The notes beneath the pieces are model-generated. The model worked only from the letters and a program-made list of their open reading frames with translations, had not been told where the DNA came from and ran no database searches. This document shows positions 1-11,782 of a DNA stretch of 64,000 bases, in pieces. Source of the DNA: Marsupella aquatica (Eukaryota; Plantae; Marchantiophyta); the NCBI GenBank assembly GCA_973895155.1, contig OZ316894.1:20094451-20158450 (forward strand), in the 5' to 3' direction. Every line of letters starts with the position of its first letter. Within the stretch, counting starts at the first letter, position 1. The position numbers and the translations under genes were made by a program.

Positions 1-978
1 GAGAGCCCTTCTTGAGCTGTAGCTCTCGATGGCATTATGGCAAGGTGTTAAAGTCCTGTTATAAGAGCATTGTGGCCGATAAGAGCCCTCAAAGCTCAAG
101 AAACTCTTGATTTTCGGGGCCTTATGGCATACAGTGCACGTAGACAGGACCTTACTATATACTTAATACACTTCGTGGTTTTTCTCTCTATAATTTTCAG
201 GGCAATTTCGACCAGGCGTTGCGGTATTCTATGTCTTAAGAACCGTTTCGCGAGACTTTGGGAGCGCGGGATTACTCTGGAGTATTCAAAATTTGATGTA
301 TTAATCAATTCAGGATAGACTTCCTTCACATTCATGACCATAGACTTTCATGACTATAGACTTTTCTGGTCAAGTAATCATAACGTCAGACGTCGTTTCA
401 AAGAAATTGTATCCTCTAGGTGCGACTCTGGTCCATATTCCAAGGCCGTGATTTTTTGTAGAAGAAATAATCCATGCACTGACAGCACGATGAGTTCGTC
501 TCCATCCATTGCCGGATCCAATGTAATGCTTATGATTCTTGCCTTCGAGAGTTGGAAAGCGTCCGGACTAATTGAGAATTTATTTCCTCATTCACTAACG
601 TAGACTCACGTGGACGAACCAGGGTAGACCCGTTAGCTTCTGTGCTCGTCTCGCTCTCAAGCTAAGCTTCTGAAAGCGAAATCACGGAAGTACAATATAT
701 CTGTCATAGATTGAACTCCACTGGGCCAAACGAGTTCAGGGTTCTTTCGAGATGAGCACGACCAAGCCAAGCAGAAGCCCATATTAAGCTCTTCAAGACC
801 ATATTAAGTTCCATATTTCTCCACAGTGCAGGTTCCGCCTGGACGGAGCTTCAGAGAACACTTGACAGATAAAATAACTGACTTTATAAAAATCATGCTT
901 ACTACATGGAACAACTCATCAAAGCGATTAAAAGATGTCACATACAACTACGGTACACTACTGGTCCAGTTCATGAAC

Positions 979-3213
979 TCATTTGCTCTTTTCCATCTCT
1001 GCGCTGAGCATATGATTCAGAAGATTTTGCACACGATTGTCTTTTCCCTTTCTAGCTCTCAAACGGGCTCGTTCACTTTTTGGGTCCCGAGATTGCAATC
1101 CACGGGCTGATTCCTGCTCCCTGTCAATTTCTTTCAATTCTTCCGACATATCTATTTCTGCAAAAAAGGCTTCCAAGACAAACGCCACAATCAAGTTCAG
1201 AAGGAACAAGACACCGATGACATAGAAGCTCATGAAGTACACAACGGCCCACCAGTAAGTTGAGAGGACAGCATAGGTCTCCAACCAACTTTGCCAATTG
1301 CCCATAACTAGCAAGTTGAACAAAGTGACCATCCCTGTTGTGTAATCGTTGAAATTGTGCACAAGGTAGTCACTCTCTTCCATGGGTGTTCCTATCAGCT
1401 TAGGGTTCCCCTGATATACAAGCCCGCCAAGTGTCTGGACCCCAATGGTGCAATAGATACACAACAGGAAGAATATGATCCCCAAATATGGTAACAGATT
1501 GGGAATCAAATTCAGGAATGTCGTCACCTTCACTCGGAATCTTTCCATCAGCATCAGCACCCTTACCAGTCGCAGAAGACGTGCAATCAGAAGATAGCGA
1601 ACCCACTCCGAGTTTTTAATGTAAGGGAGACCGTTGGGTAGGGTAAATGCCAGTGTCTCTCCAATAACTATGATCCAAGTGATGAAGAAATCAAATCTAT
1701 TTGTCCCTGACCGCCAGTAGTTCGTGAACCCGTACACAAGCACTTTCAGGACCAGCTCCACCAGATAAATCCATCCAAAGCTTAGCTCAACTCCCTGCCA
1801 AACTTTTTGAGCCACATCATCCTCTAAATCCAGTGTTGTCTCGATTATAACAGTAATCAAGTTCAGGGTCAGCATTCCTAGTATAATATACTCAAAGGTC
1901 TTGCTTTTCACGAAATCTCGCAGTTTGGTAAAGTAAGAAGAATTGTAGAAGGTCGGGAACTCCTCGAGCAATTGAGGCTGGTCATTCTTATCAAATTTGA
2001 GTGAGATTGCGGCGCAAAGATCTGCGAATTCTACCCTGTTTATCTTGAAGTCACCACTGTCATCCAAGGCAAGAAAGACTGCTTCCATATCCTCATCATT
2101 AATTCTTGGCAGCGTCCTGTACCTGTTCAGCTCTTTGAAAAGCCTTGAACACTGATGAAGATCCAAAGTACCCTTCCCATCTTCATCAAGAAGATTAAAT
2201 GTGGAACTCAAAATTTCACTTCTTGTTTTGTCCACCCCTACAAGATAATGTGCAAGCTGTCCCTTGAAACTGTCATACACAACAGCGAGAACAAGATTGG
2301 TGATAAAGAACACACCGATGAGGATATAGAGAATGAAGAACAAACTCGAGAAACGTGATTGCCTGTATGCTGGCAACCATACATCAGGATTGTTTGAAGT
2401 TGTAAACAGGACCGTCATTTGGTATAATGTTTCGAGATAGGATGTGAAAACCTCCATTCCTTGAACGGTATCCTCAAATAGAACATAAGCCAGCCAGCTC
2501 CAGAAGAGTAGAAACAACAGCGTAAGTGCTGCAACATCTGTGAAGTCTGGTATGATGCCCACGAAAGTCTTTATGCTGTAACGGACGTCAGGAATATTTG
2601 CAACAACAATAAATACCCGAATGTAAGGAGCCAATCTAACGGGCAGAGTACTAATTGCTCCTGAAGGTGACACATAAATTGTGTTCAATATACAGTCAAC
2701 AATCAGCAATAGGATCAGAACAACTTTGAAAGTGTTCAGCTGATTGCCCCAGAAGAGTTTACTCCCCATGAACAGGATTGGGAACAGAGTGTGCACAGAG
2801 AGTATAACTAAACTCACAATCTCAAAACCAAGAGATTCCCATCGAGACAAGTATGGCAACTCTCCCAAATAGAACTTATCCTTCGGGCCACATGGATCCG
2901 GAAAGTCTCCCTTACACCAAAGAGGTACCTCAAAGAAGTTGAGCAGAATGATTACTGCCAAATTGAGAAGCCACACATATCTCAGCTTGGTGTAAACGAA
3001 GTACAGCTTCGTTGCCAGCTCGGAATTCTCCTGCTCCAGTACTTCGGTGGGAATACCCTCCCCATCCTCCGCCAGATCAACCAGAGCAGCGGCTTTCTGA
3101 TACTTGTCACCGGTGGCAATGGCGCTGGCCCTCCCAAACAAATGATATTCCCTCGATCTCTCCTCTGGCCCGTCCCATGACGACTCCCTTCGATCCAACA
3201 ACGACTCCTCCAT
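979..3213 (-). CDS. TPC1: Two-pore channel 1 (slow-vacuolar cation channel), 744 aa, single coding exon
   Basis: Filter motifs TTSNNPDVW and LVMGNWQSW, S10 voltage sensor EWVRYLLIARLLRLVR, two EF-hand loops (DEDGKGTLDLHQ, DDSGDFKINRVE), N-terminal acidic dileucine motif EESLL. First ATG is at 3213 (ORF-track start 3219 is GTG). Confidence 0.96.
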   Translation of the reverse strand: MEESLLDRRESSWDGPEERSREYHLFGRASAIATGDKYQKAAALVDLAEDGEGIPTEVLEQENSELATKLYFVYTKLRYVWLLNLAVIILLNFFEVPLWCKGDFPDPCGPKDKFYLGELPYLSRWESLGFEIVSLVILSVHTLFPILFMGSKLFWGNQLNTFKVVLILLLIVDCILNTIYVSPSGAISTLPVRLAPYIRVFIVVANIPDVRYSIKTFVGIIPDFTDVAALTLLFLLFWSWLAYVLFEDTVQGMEVFTSYLETLYQMTVLFTTSNNPDVWLPAYRQSRFSSLFFILYILIGVFFITNLVLAVVYDSFKGQLAHYLVGVDKTRSEILSSTFNLLDEDGKGTLDLHQCSRLFKELNRYRTLPRINDEDMEAVFLALDDSGDFKINRVEFADLCAAISLKFDKNDQPQLLEEFPTFYNSSYFTKLRDFVKSKTFEYIILGMLTLNLITVIIETTLDLEDDVAQKVWQGVELSFGWIYLVELVLKVLVYGFTNYWRSGTNRFDFFITWIIVIGETLAFTLPNGLPYIKNSEWVRYLLIARLLRLVRVLMLMERFRVKVTTFLNLIPNLLPYLGIIFFLLCIYCTIGVQTLGGLVYQGNPKLIGTPMEESDYLVHNFNDYTTGMVTLFNLLVMGNWQSWLETYAVLSTYWWAVVYFMSFYVIGVLFLLNLIVAFVLEAFFAEIDMSEELKEIDREQESARGLQSRDPKSERARLRARKGKDNRVQNLLNHMLSAEMEKSK

Positions 3214-3360
3214 CGTCACAGAACTCTAATCCCTTCGATTCCCCCCGCCCTCCCCTCACTGTTCAGTCCTGATTGACCTGGACCCAATGCTTGATCTAGG
3301 GGACTAAGTCACCCAAAACTTTTGCGGGTCCGATGCTAAAGTGCTCTGACGAAGAAGGGG

Positions 3361-3556
3361 AAGCTCACACTCGAGAATTGGGACCAGATCTGCCCGAATC
3401 AGCCAAGGAAGATCATCATGGTCTCGACGTAGAACACCGCTGAAGAGGAAGGGCAAGCTTACTATCGAGAATTCGGACCAGATCTACCTGAATCAGCCAA
3501 GGACGATCAGCATGGACTCGATGTGAGAGCAGTTCCACTGACCCCGTGGAACTCAC
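3361..3556 (-). repeat. 94-bp-period tandem duplication in the TPC1 5' leader carrying repeated splice donor/acceptor modules
   Basis: Near-identical blocks at 3371-3421 and 3465-3515; minus-strand GT donors GTGAGT (3556), GTAAGC (3462), GTGAGC (3368) are exactly 94 nt apart. Confidence 0.7.
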
Positions 3557-6500
3557 ACACTCACTCCAGCAGCCCAGCTTCCTCCCCAACCTCCAAATGG
3601 ACTGAGATTGAGTTGCTATGAGCCTGGCTGGATAACATCTACCATAGCTGTATGAGCTCCAACCTATCTCCAAAGCCTGACCCACGCGAAGCACTGTTCC
3701 ACATGTGTCAGCTCTGCTATTGTAGAAGTGTATTTATCTCAAGATGATGACACGAGTCTCATGGCCAAATGCGGTTGATCAGGGCCGTTCCTGTGATTTC
3801 AGAAGTCAAAAAGTGTTACAAGTTCAAAAAGTGTTACTAAGCTCAGAAGTAAGGCAAGCAGCTGAGACACAGTCATTCACAAGGCCTTGTGGGGCTATAT
3901 TTATAGACAGTGCTATATGGTCACCACCTTAAATAATTGTTGTCATATATTTCTACTTCAATATGCCAGAACAAGGTGCATCACTTATATTATCTACATT
4001 TTAGATTACTGTGGCACCCCTCTAAGTGTTCTTTTATCTTCCGGTGCTAGAGCTCTCCTTCCCCTCTACATTTAGTTGGAAATTATTGCAACTAGTGAAT
4101 AAGAGAGAATTGGTACTTAATGAGATATATTCCTCCTGCTTTAAGTGCTACTAAAACTTTTATTTGCCCAGCTTATGGATTTTAGGCAAGGGAGAATCTT
4201 CTGTAATGTGCACAATTTTTGACTGATTTGAGTGTCATTAAAGCAAGTGTGAATCTGTACCTTATGTGCTCAATTTTTCAAGACTTGTGCACATGTACTT
4301 TTCCTAGTCATTATGGAACATGCACTTTTATTTGGCATGTGCTGTATTTTTCCTACTCAATCCTATCCAATATCATGCAATAATCATTAAATTTTCCACA
4401 TCTTTACAATACAAAAAATAAAGCATGTTCAAGTGTGAACATGCTATATATATGACAAGGCCCTTGTGGGAATAGAAAGGTGCACTATAGATGTAACAAG
4501 TAAGATCCATAAGTGTAAATATATGGAACAAAGATTTGATTGAGGGGGATCCGAATTAGGGGATGATCTGAGCAGACATCCATTTGTTGGACGGTCGGTT
4601 GGGTATTGTCGCCTGAAAGTTGCACAGGGCAGTGTTGCACAAGGCAACTATGCGGGTGGTGTCTTAAACTGTCATTGTCCCAAAAGCAAACCCTGGTGGA
4701 TCCAGCTTAACAAAACTACTCAAAAATATTTTATTTACACTTCTTATTTTTGTGTCTGCGAGTCCAAATGTGCAAGCAAAGCTAACACATCAGAAGAGAG
4801 TCTGGGGTGGAGGCCTTTAGTTCAAGTCTACAGCATTTTCCATCTCATCTCATGCTAAGCAAGAATTGGTTTTTGAAATATAAATGCCAAGTTTAGATTG
4901 AAGCTATGAAGAGGCAAGATTGGCTATTTTCAAATTTGCTTCCGGCTAAGGATGCCAACTTGGACAACTCTTTCTTTCTAATGAGTTGACATGTGGATGA
5001 AGAGCATGTGGCATAGTGCATACTTTGCAGGTAAATTAAATTGATTACAACTGGGCAGTGCTGAGTTAGCAAAGATGAACTTAACATATAGTTACACTTG
5101 GCACACTGAAACCACATCTGCCAACTAACTATGGATTCTCTTAATTTCTCCCTAGATATTGTTGGGGACTCAAATTTTAATGTTCTTTGAGTTGCCTTCA
5201 ATGTTTTACTGGGATACCTTCCAATTGGTAGGGACGAGGTATCCATCACCAACTTTGTGCGTATCGTACATACATTTGGAGGGAGAGGAAGATATTAAAC
5301 CACACTAAACTCTTTGGTCAAAATGTTTTGCAATGCCTTTCCACGTCACTTGCCAATTGAATGTTGTGTAGCATAATAATAGAACTTGGAAGATAACACA
5401 ACTAAAGTAGATACAGAGATGTCTCCCTTTGGAGAATGGGCTCTATTTAGGGGTCTCAAACCTCAAAATTTTGTGGAGTAGTAGTTAAGGCAGAAAAAGT
5501 TATGAACTACCAAATTCAGAATCTATCACATTTTGCCATAAAAATTGGTGTTATGCCATGACCAGAAGTCACTATGGAGGCTAGTGAAAGGAAATAAATT
5601 TACATAACCCTATGAAAAAGCTATGGCCATTTGTTTTTGGCCCAAAGCCATCATCTGCAACTTTAACTCCTTGTGAACATTTGAAGCTTTGAGACTCCTT
5701 GTGAACATTTGTGTAGTTGAAACTCAATTGACAACCTCCTCTTTCGGAAGAGGCTCAATTGTAGACATGTTGTGACCTTCAAATTCGAATTATTGAGTGT
5801 CTAAATTGCTGTGTACATGGAGACGCATCCCAGCTGGTTGAGCCATCCTTTGCGCCATCTGCAAGTGAAAGGTGAAAGAGCAAGAGTGTGGAAGCTACTC
5901 ACTACATTAGCTAATTTGGTAGCCACACGCTGCAGATGGTAAGATTTATCATCCATATTATGTACAGTACATCTCAAGATCTGAGATGGAAAACGGTCAG
6001 TCGGGTATCCTAGATCCTTTGGTCAAAATGTCCATTATAGCTATTCTGTCAATGATCCATTCCTGAAATGTCTCCTGTTCTCGATGGTCGAGGCCAAAAT
6101 TTCCTCTAGCCAGAGAATTCCCATCTAGCTTGCAGATGCAGTCGTTTCCAGTAGGTAACTGTCAGCATTGATTGTCCAGTCCACATTAAGCAAGGTACAT
6201 CTGAAGGACAGATGAATGGATCGACAGATGAATTAAAGCTGCTTCGAATTCGTGTGCAAAACTTGAGAAATGTATCGCCAGTAGAGACACCTTGCTACCT
6301 CTCCCTCTCCCTCTGTCTAGACGTGTCCTTGTTCAGCAGGCCTGCAAAATTAATGGCTCCAGTCAACCAGCGAGCCCGCCCAAAATTCTGGAAAGACCTT
6401 TGGGAGAATGGTGGTTGGAGGCTCTCATCCGAGCTAGAGTCAAAGTAAACCTCAATTAGAGGAAAGGCAAGATCGATTTAAAACCTCCAAGCATTGATGT

Positions 6501-6677
6501 AGTCACTGCAGTTGCTGAGCACGGTGGAGAGGTAAGACCCCTGACTCCCACTGGAAATTACGGATTGGAGGTTAGCTTTGATTTGAAGTTGTCGGGGAAG
6601 TTGTTGAGAGCAACATCCTGTAGTGGGCGTGTGAGGAGAAAAAGCAAGCGGAAGATCAGACGAAACTCGTACGTCCA

Positions 6678-7854
6678 CTAGCAATGGTTCTTCATGATTT
6701 TGCTCTCCTCACGGATCCTTTTCTCTCGCAAGTGGTGCGCTTCCTCCCTCAGAAGGTTTGCATACTGAGTCCCAACACAGTAGCGTTTGACTTCAGCAGA
6801 AGCCTGGGGCGGATGCCTGTTGTTGGGGCTGGGGTATCTCACCTTGGTGGGAGTTGAAAAATGGAGCTTCATCGGATAGTTGGGTCCGAATCTCTCTCCG
6901 TCTGTGTCAACATTCATGTCACAGTTCTTCATCTTTGCTTGCAAGTGGAGCCCTTGCTTACCCCTGTCCGTCCTGCACGTATAGCTCTTGCTATTGGGGA
7001 TCACCTTGATTCCACAAGCGCCAGTGCCCCCCTGCAACCTTATGCCATAATTCCCTGGATAAGTTCCGGGCATGAACTCTTCTCCTACTGCCCTTCCACC
7101 GGCCCCTCGTCCTGCTCCCCCTCTCCCTCCACGTGCTGGGGAGCTTTGGAGCTGTCTGCCACTGTGGTGCATCTTCTCCTTGAACTCGGTGTTCCTTCCA
7201 AAAGCACAGTAACCATGGGCATGGGATCTGTGGATGTTCCGATTGTAGGGATGTGGACCATCTTCTTCTTCAATACCATTCTGTGGTCCTCGTCGTCTCC
7301 CCGGGCTCCGGTGTGGAGCTGAATAGCATCTGGGTGATCCAGCCCTAGGGGGATTCAATCCTCCGTGGGAATTCACACAGTTGTTTCCATTGCTAGCAAT
7401 TTGGTTGGTCCCCCTGCCAGTTGCTGTTTTGAGAGGAGAATTGCTTCTTGACTGCATTAGGGATGCCAGCTGGTCCTTGGCATCGTTGAGAGCTTGAGCT
7501 AAACCTGACACGATGTCCCAAATCGGCTCCACGGTTTTCGGTGCCTCCCCTGCTTCGTTAATCCTTTGCTGCTGCTGCTGCTGCTGGCGCGGTACATGTC
7601 CAACGCTTTTGTTGTTGTATATTACATTGGTGTACTTCGCCTGCGCAGACGGAAATATGACGAGAACTGTTAGTGAGAATGAAACTATCAATTCATCTTC
7701 GATGGAGTCCCTTACAATCGATAATCTCCTCATACCTTCTATAACCACTGACAACGAAAAACTCAAGAGACAGAACATAGAGTGGAAAGAATCGTACCCC
7801 TGGTTTCAGCAATCCATGGTAAGGGCATGGCGCTCCAGAAGGGAATTTGGCCAT
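6678..7854 (-). CDS. Uncharacterised basic Gly/Arg-rich protein, ~339 aa, 2 coding exons (7854-7798, 7640-6678)
   Basis: gcaATGG start at 7854, phase-0 GT-AG intron 7797-7641 gives MAKFPSGAPCPYHGLLKPG|AKYTNV...; polyQ, helical segment, RGGRGGAGRG box. No family recognised. Confidence 0.65.
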
Positions 7855-8754
7855 TGCTCAACGACGTCGTCCTTGGCGAGAACCGCCAGAGGAAGAGAAA
7901 CGCAGCTCTCTTCCGTGGAGATGATCTGAGAAACCCAAAGCATAACAAAACCGTAGTGCAAGAGCCCGGATTTCAAATGAAAGAAACTAATAGAAGCTTG
8001 GCTCAGATGCGGTGAAACCCAATTTGGAATTGTGGCCCCTGCTTGATCTCGGATTTGGAGATGCTCAGAGAGACATCACGAGCATGGTGTTGGATGGAGT
8101 GGAGTGCTCAACAAAAAGTAATTGAATGATCTGTCATTCTGTTCGTGAGTCAGCCAGTGTTCAACCCCTGAAATGAGTGTTTTTCTTGCCATAGAGAACG
8201 GATGCTGCTGAGGTACTGCTTCTTCGTGCTGCAGTTGTTGTTTGGGAAGTAAAGATGCTGTAAATGGATTACCTTGACCAACAAATAGGGGTCGACCACT
8301 GAATACGAGATATTCTTCACTTGTCGTAATACTGCCATCCACAAAATTGCTTGATTGCCCACGAGTAACCATCATCATTCTGTGTAGAATTGATTTCCTC
8401 GAGAGTTTCTACAGAGCAGGGTTTAGGACCCCTTCAATGTTTAAATGTCTATCAACAGAACACGAGATGTAAGCTGGTGGTCCATACGCTTAATTGGTAA
8501 TCAAAAACCTGTTCCCCGGCGCAGCGGGAATCTCAAATCACTTTTTACAAGAAGTTCTACTTCTACAAGCTCTCGAAAAAATTGCAGATGATAGCTGGTC
8601 CATACTCCCAATTATGCAATCAAAACATACCGAAACAAGCCCGCGGTTGTCATTACCCAAGCGCTTCATTAATTTTCCAACATTTTAGTCCAGATCCGTG
8701 GCAATAATGTCAGCCGCACAGACCTCTCATCAGATCGACTCTCCTCTTGTCTTG

Positions 8755-8838
8755 TCTGGTCTGGTCTGGTCTCAAATCATCTCAGCTCGTCTCGTCCCAT
8801 CTCAACTCAACTCGTCTGATCTCATTCCATCTCAACTC
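8755..8838 (+). repeat. Degenerate pentamer repeat (TCTGG/TCTCG/TCTCA)
   Basis: gtctggtctggtctggtctc...ctcgtctcgtcccatctcaactcaactc, followed by a TATATAT. Confidence 0.55.
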
Positions 8839-11017
8839 TATATATGTCACGTCAATACATTAGACCGGAGACATGGCCAATGCTCACCGAGTCTGATGAG
8901 TCCCAAATTGCCACTGGTCGTTATCGTCGACCTTCTCATTAGCTGGATTCCGGATTTCAACATGGCTCCACAAATGGGCCGATGCTGCAGAATTGTCATA
9001 GAAGGTGCCCCCTGCATTTTTCTTAGTACCGTGAAATGCGTAGATCACATCCAATGATCAGTAGCACCGAATACAAGCACAACTCAATTCGGGATTGCAA
9101 GAGTTGCAACTCCTTCGCACCCCTTTGGACGAGTGTCGATCGACAGTCATCCCACAGTTCCGGTCATTGCGTTTGCTCGTCACATCGGACTGCCGGTCTC
9201 CTCTCCTCCGTCTATCCCTCACTTTGGAACTCCTCTATGAGCGTTACGATTGACTTCTTTTCCGGCTGGAGAGACGGAGATGAACCTAAAGCGAATACTT
9301 GTCAATGGTTCCAAGAGTTGACGGACGTACAGCTTTTTTGTGAGTGACAGAGAGATGAACCTTCGTTCCAAGAGTTACGGACGCACGAATCGTTGTGAAG
9401 AGATATAGAGGGGAAGAATGTCCCTCTCGTCCCAACTGATATGCAACTTACGTTAGAACGAATGAATGGTTTTTGTTAAGGTCAGTCCTCTTATGACCTC
9501 CTCCCATCACCTTGTAAGATTCGAGTACTTCAATTGATGAGCATCAGATTGTTATATTGCAAGGGGCAGGGACTAAATTAAGGCTCAATCCGCCGTAGAC
9601 CCACCAGCACGAGGAAGGGGCAACACCCCTTGGGACACTAAAACCTGTGGTAGACATTTTACGACCGACTCGAAGATTTCCCTCTCGTTTCCAATGCCGT
9701 GTGATTTTCCTTGGAGACAGGATCAAAGGATGGGCACCTGGGAACACCCGGGGAACCGAATGCTTGTCTGTGGACCATCGTCGTTGCCGTGGTCCCAGAG
9801 GCATTGAAGGCCAATAAACCCAGAATTCTTAACATAGAACAGACATACTCACATGAAGCATGTCCTTCGGGCACTCGGAACGGTCTAGGTATTTCCTTCC
9901 GCATTTAGAAAGGATCTTTGGAATCACCACGAAAGGACTGAGACAAGATTGAGAGATCGACACAGCACAAAAGGCAGAGAATGAATTAGCTTAATGTGCA
10001 ATCAGGAACTACAGTAGTTTGGCCCTGGGAACAAACCACCCAACATCGAGGATTGCAAGTCAAACCGGAGGGTCCGGAAGATAGGTGCCAAAGTACCAAG
10101 AAAATCAACCTCCCTAGTCTCGACCAGTGTCTAATCCGAAAACTCACAGATTTCTGCTCTGAGAGAGAAATCAGAAAAGTGCAGCTGGGAAGGGGGATAC
10201 TCAAAGATTACCTCCCCAACCTGAACTTCCTTCTTTGGAATTTTACGAATTACAGTTTTGGGGTGCAGCCGAGTAGACTAAACGAGAGTACTAGCTGTGT
10301 CCATGCTTTTATTTCTCTTTCTCCGCAATAACGACTCGTTGGAGAATCAAAGACAGATATTACTAATTTGATTAGGCAAATCCGACCTTGCTTTCCTCCT
10401 GTCATCAGAAACCCCCATTTGTAGATCTTTCCGAGTGATTTGCCTACGCTGGAGATCTACATGATTGTATCCCGTATTTCCTTTCATGGAAAGCCCACCT
10501 GACAGATTTATTGGAAAGGTAAGTCACCTGTGTCGTGCCATAGAGACCGGACTTGGGTCCCTCCTTTCCTCACTTGGACTTCCTTCTGATACCTGCAAAC
10601 AACTTTTGTTTCTGTTTCTTACCCGGACAATTTGTGAATATAGTGGCGAGATTGTGCGATGGACTGGAGATCTTCTCGCTATAATCTTAGCGTAAGAGTT
10701 TTCAACAAGTTGTCTTCGTTTACGAAGAACTGCAACATTTTCGAGTGGCCCAGGCAGTAAGAGACGGTGGGTCAAACAACCCTAACTCACCCAGATGCGA
10801 CGAGAATGTTGTAAAAAATACTCACTCAGGAAACAAGCAATTGAGAAAGTCGGTGGGGGAGACGAATTCTGGACGTCGAAATGCATGTACTCTCCGATCT
10901 CTTGAAGACCACGAAACGAATTCTCATTTACAAATCTGAAGGAACTCGCTGAGGACTTCTGTGGATTGATCAAAGTATTGGAGAGATTGCATCTTGCGGT
11001 TGTAGAAATCGAATGAC

Positions 11018-11308
11018 ATGCCTACTTCAAGGCATCATACCGTGAAGGAACCTGGGGGCCATTTGAACCACCAGCATTCGACGCATTCCAAAACCATCAT
11101 GTGGCGGCGGATAGCCCTGGCCTTTGTGGTCCTTATCTTCGCGCTTCTCTGGGCTTTCCAATATCAACTCCCTTTACACCCTTTCTCAACAGTGATGAAC
11201 CATCCCTGGCACCCGTGGAAGTGTGCGCAGACCAAGATCGGCAAATTCGTCATCAGCATTTGCGTTGAGAATCATAACGACAAGGATTGGTCGTTTGCCA
11301 ATAAGTGA
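11018..11308 (+). CDS. Possible small single-pass membrane protein (96 aa)
   Basis: ATG-started ORF with RR followed by hydrophobic IALAFVVLIFALLWAF, then a Cys pair; no homology recognised. Confidence 0.3.
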   Translation: MPTSRHHTVKEPGGHLNHQHSTHSKTIMWRRIALAFVVLIFALLWAFQYQLPLHPFSTVMNHPWHPWKCAQTKIGKFVISICVENHNDKDWSFANK

Positions 11309-11540
11309 TTCTCCTTCCCATATGCCCTCATTGGAAGGGCGTTGGGGGGGAGGTCATTCATCAGACTGGACAGGTAATCTCTGCATTCCTCCCCACCAAT
11401 TCACATCCTCAAGTGGAATGCCTTGATCCACTATGAACAGATTCTGACCTCGGTATTATTCGCATAGAGCTTCTAGTGGTTTGTAGGCAAATCCGTTTAC
11501 TCGTACGAGAAACCCATTTCCTACTTTCTGGAGACAGTCT

Positions 11541-11550
11541 CATATATAAG
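11541..11550 (+). promoter_or_regulatory. Candidate TATA box upstream of the 1258-aa ORF
   Basis: CATATATAAG ~240 bp upstream of ATG 11783. Confidence 0.35.
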
Positions 11551-11782
11551 ACACGTAGACGAATAAACACTGTGCATCGACCGACCCATGATCACGGTTG
11601 CTTTGGAACAGCAGCTTATATCCTCGGAGAGTGCTTGCTTATTGACTACGACAATACAATTCCCCAGCGTGTAGACTTAGTGCGTAGCAGACTCAGGACC
11701 TTAAGTGTACAGCTGACGTCCATAAAGACATTCACGAGAAGCCTTGTTATTTAGTAGATCGACCACAATTTAGTAACATTCC

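Noticed and set aside
4893-5860. Possible DNA-transposase remnant
   Set aside because: Fragmented frames with no catalytic motif I can identify confidently.
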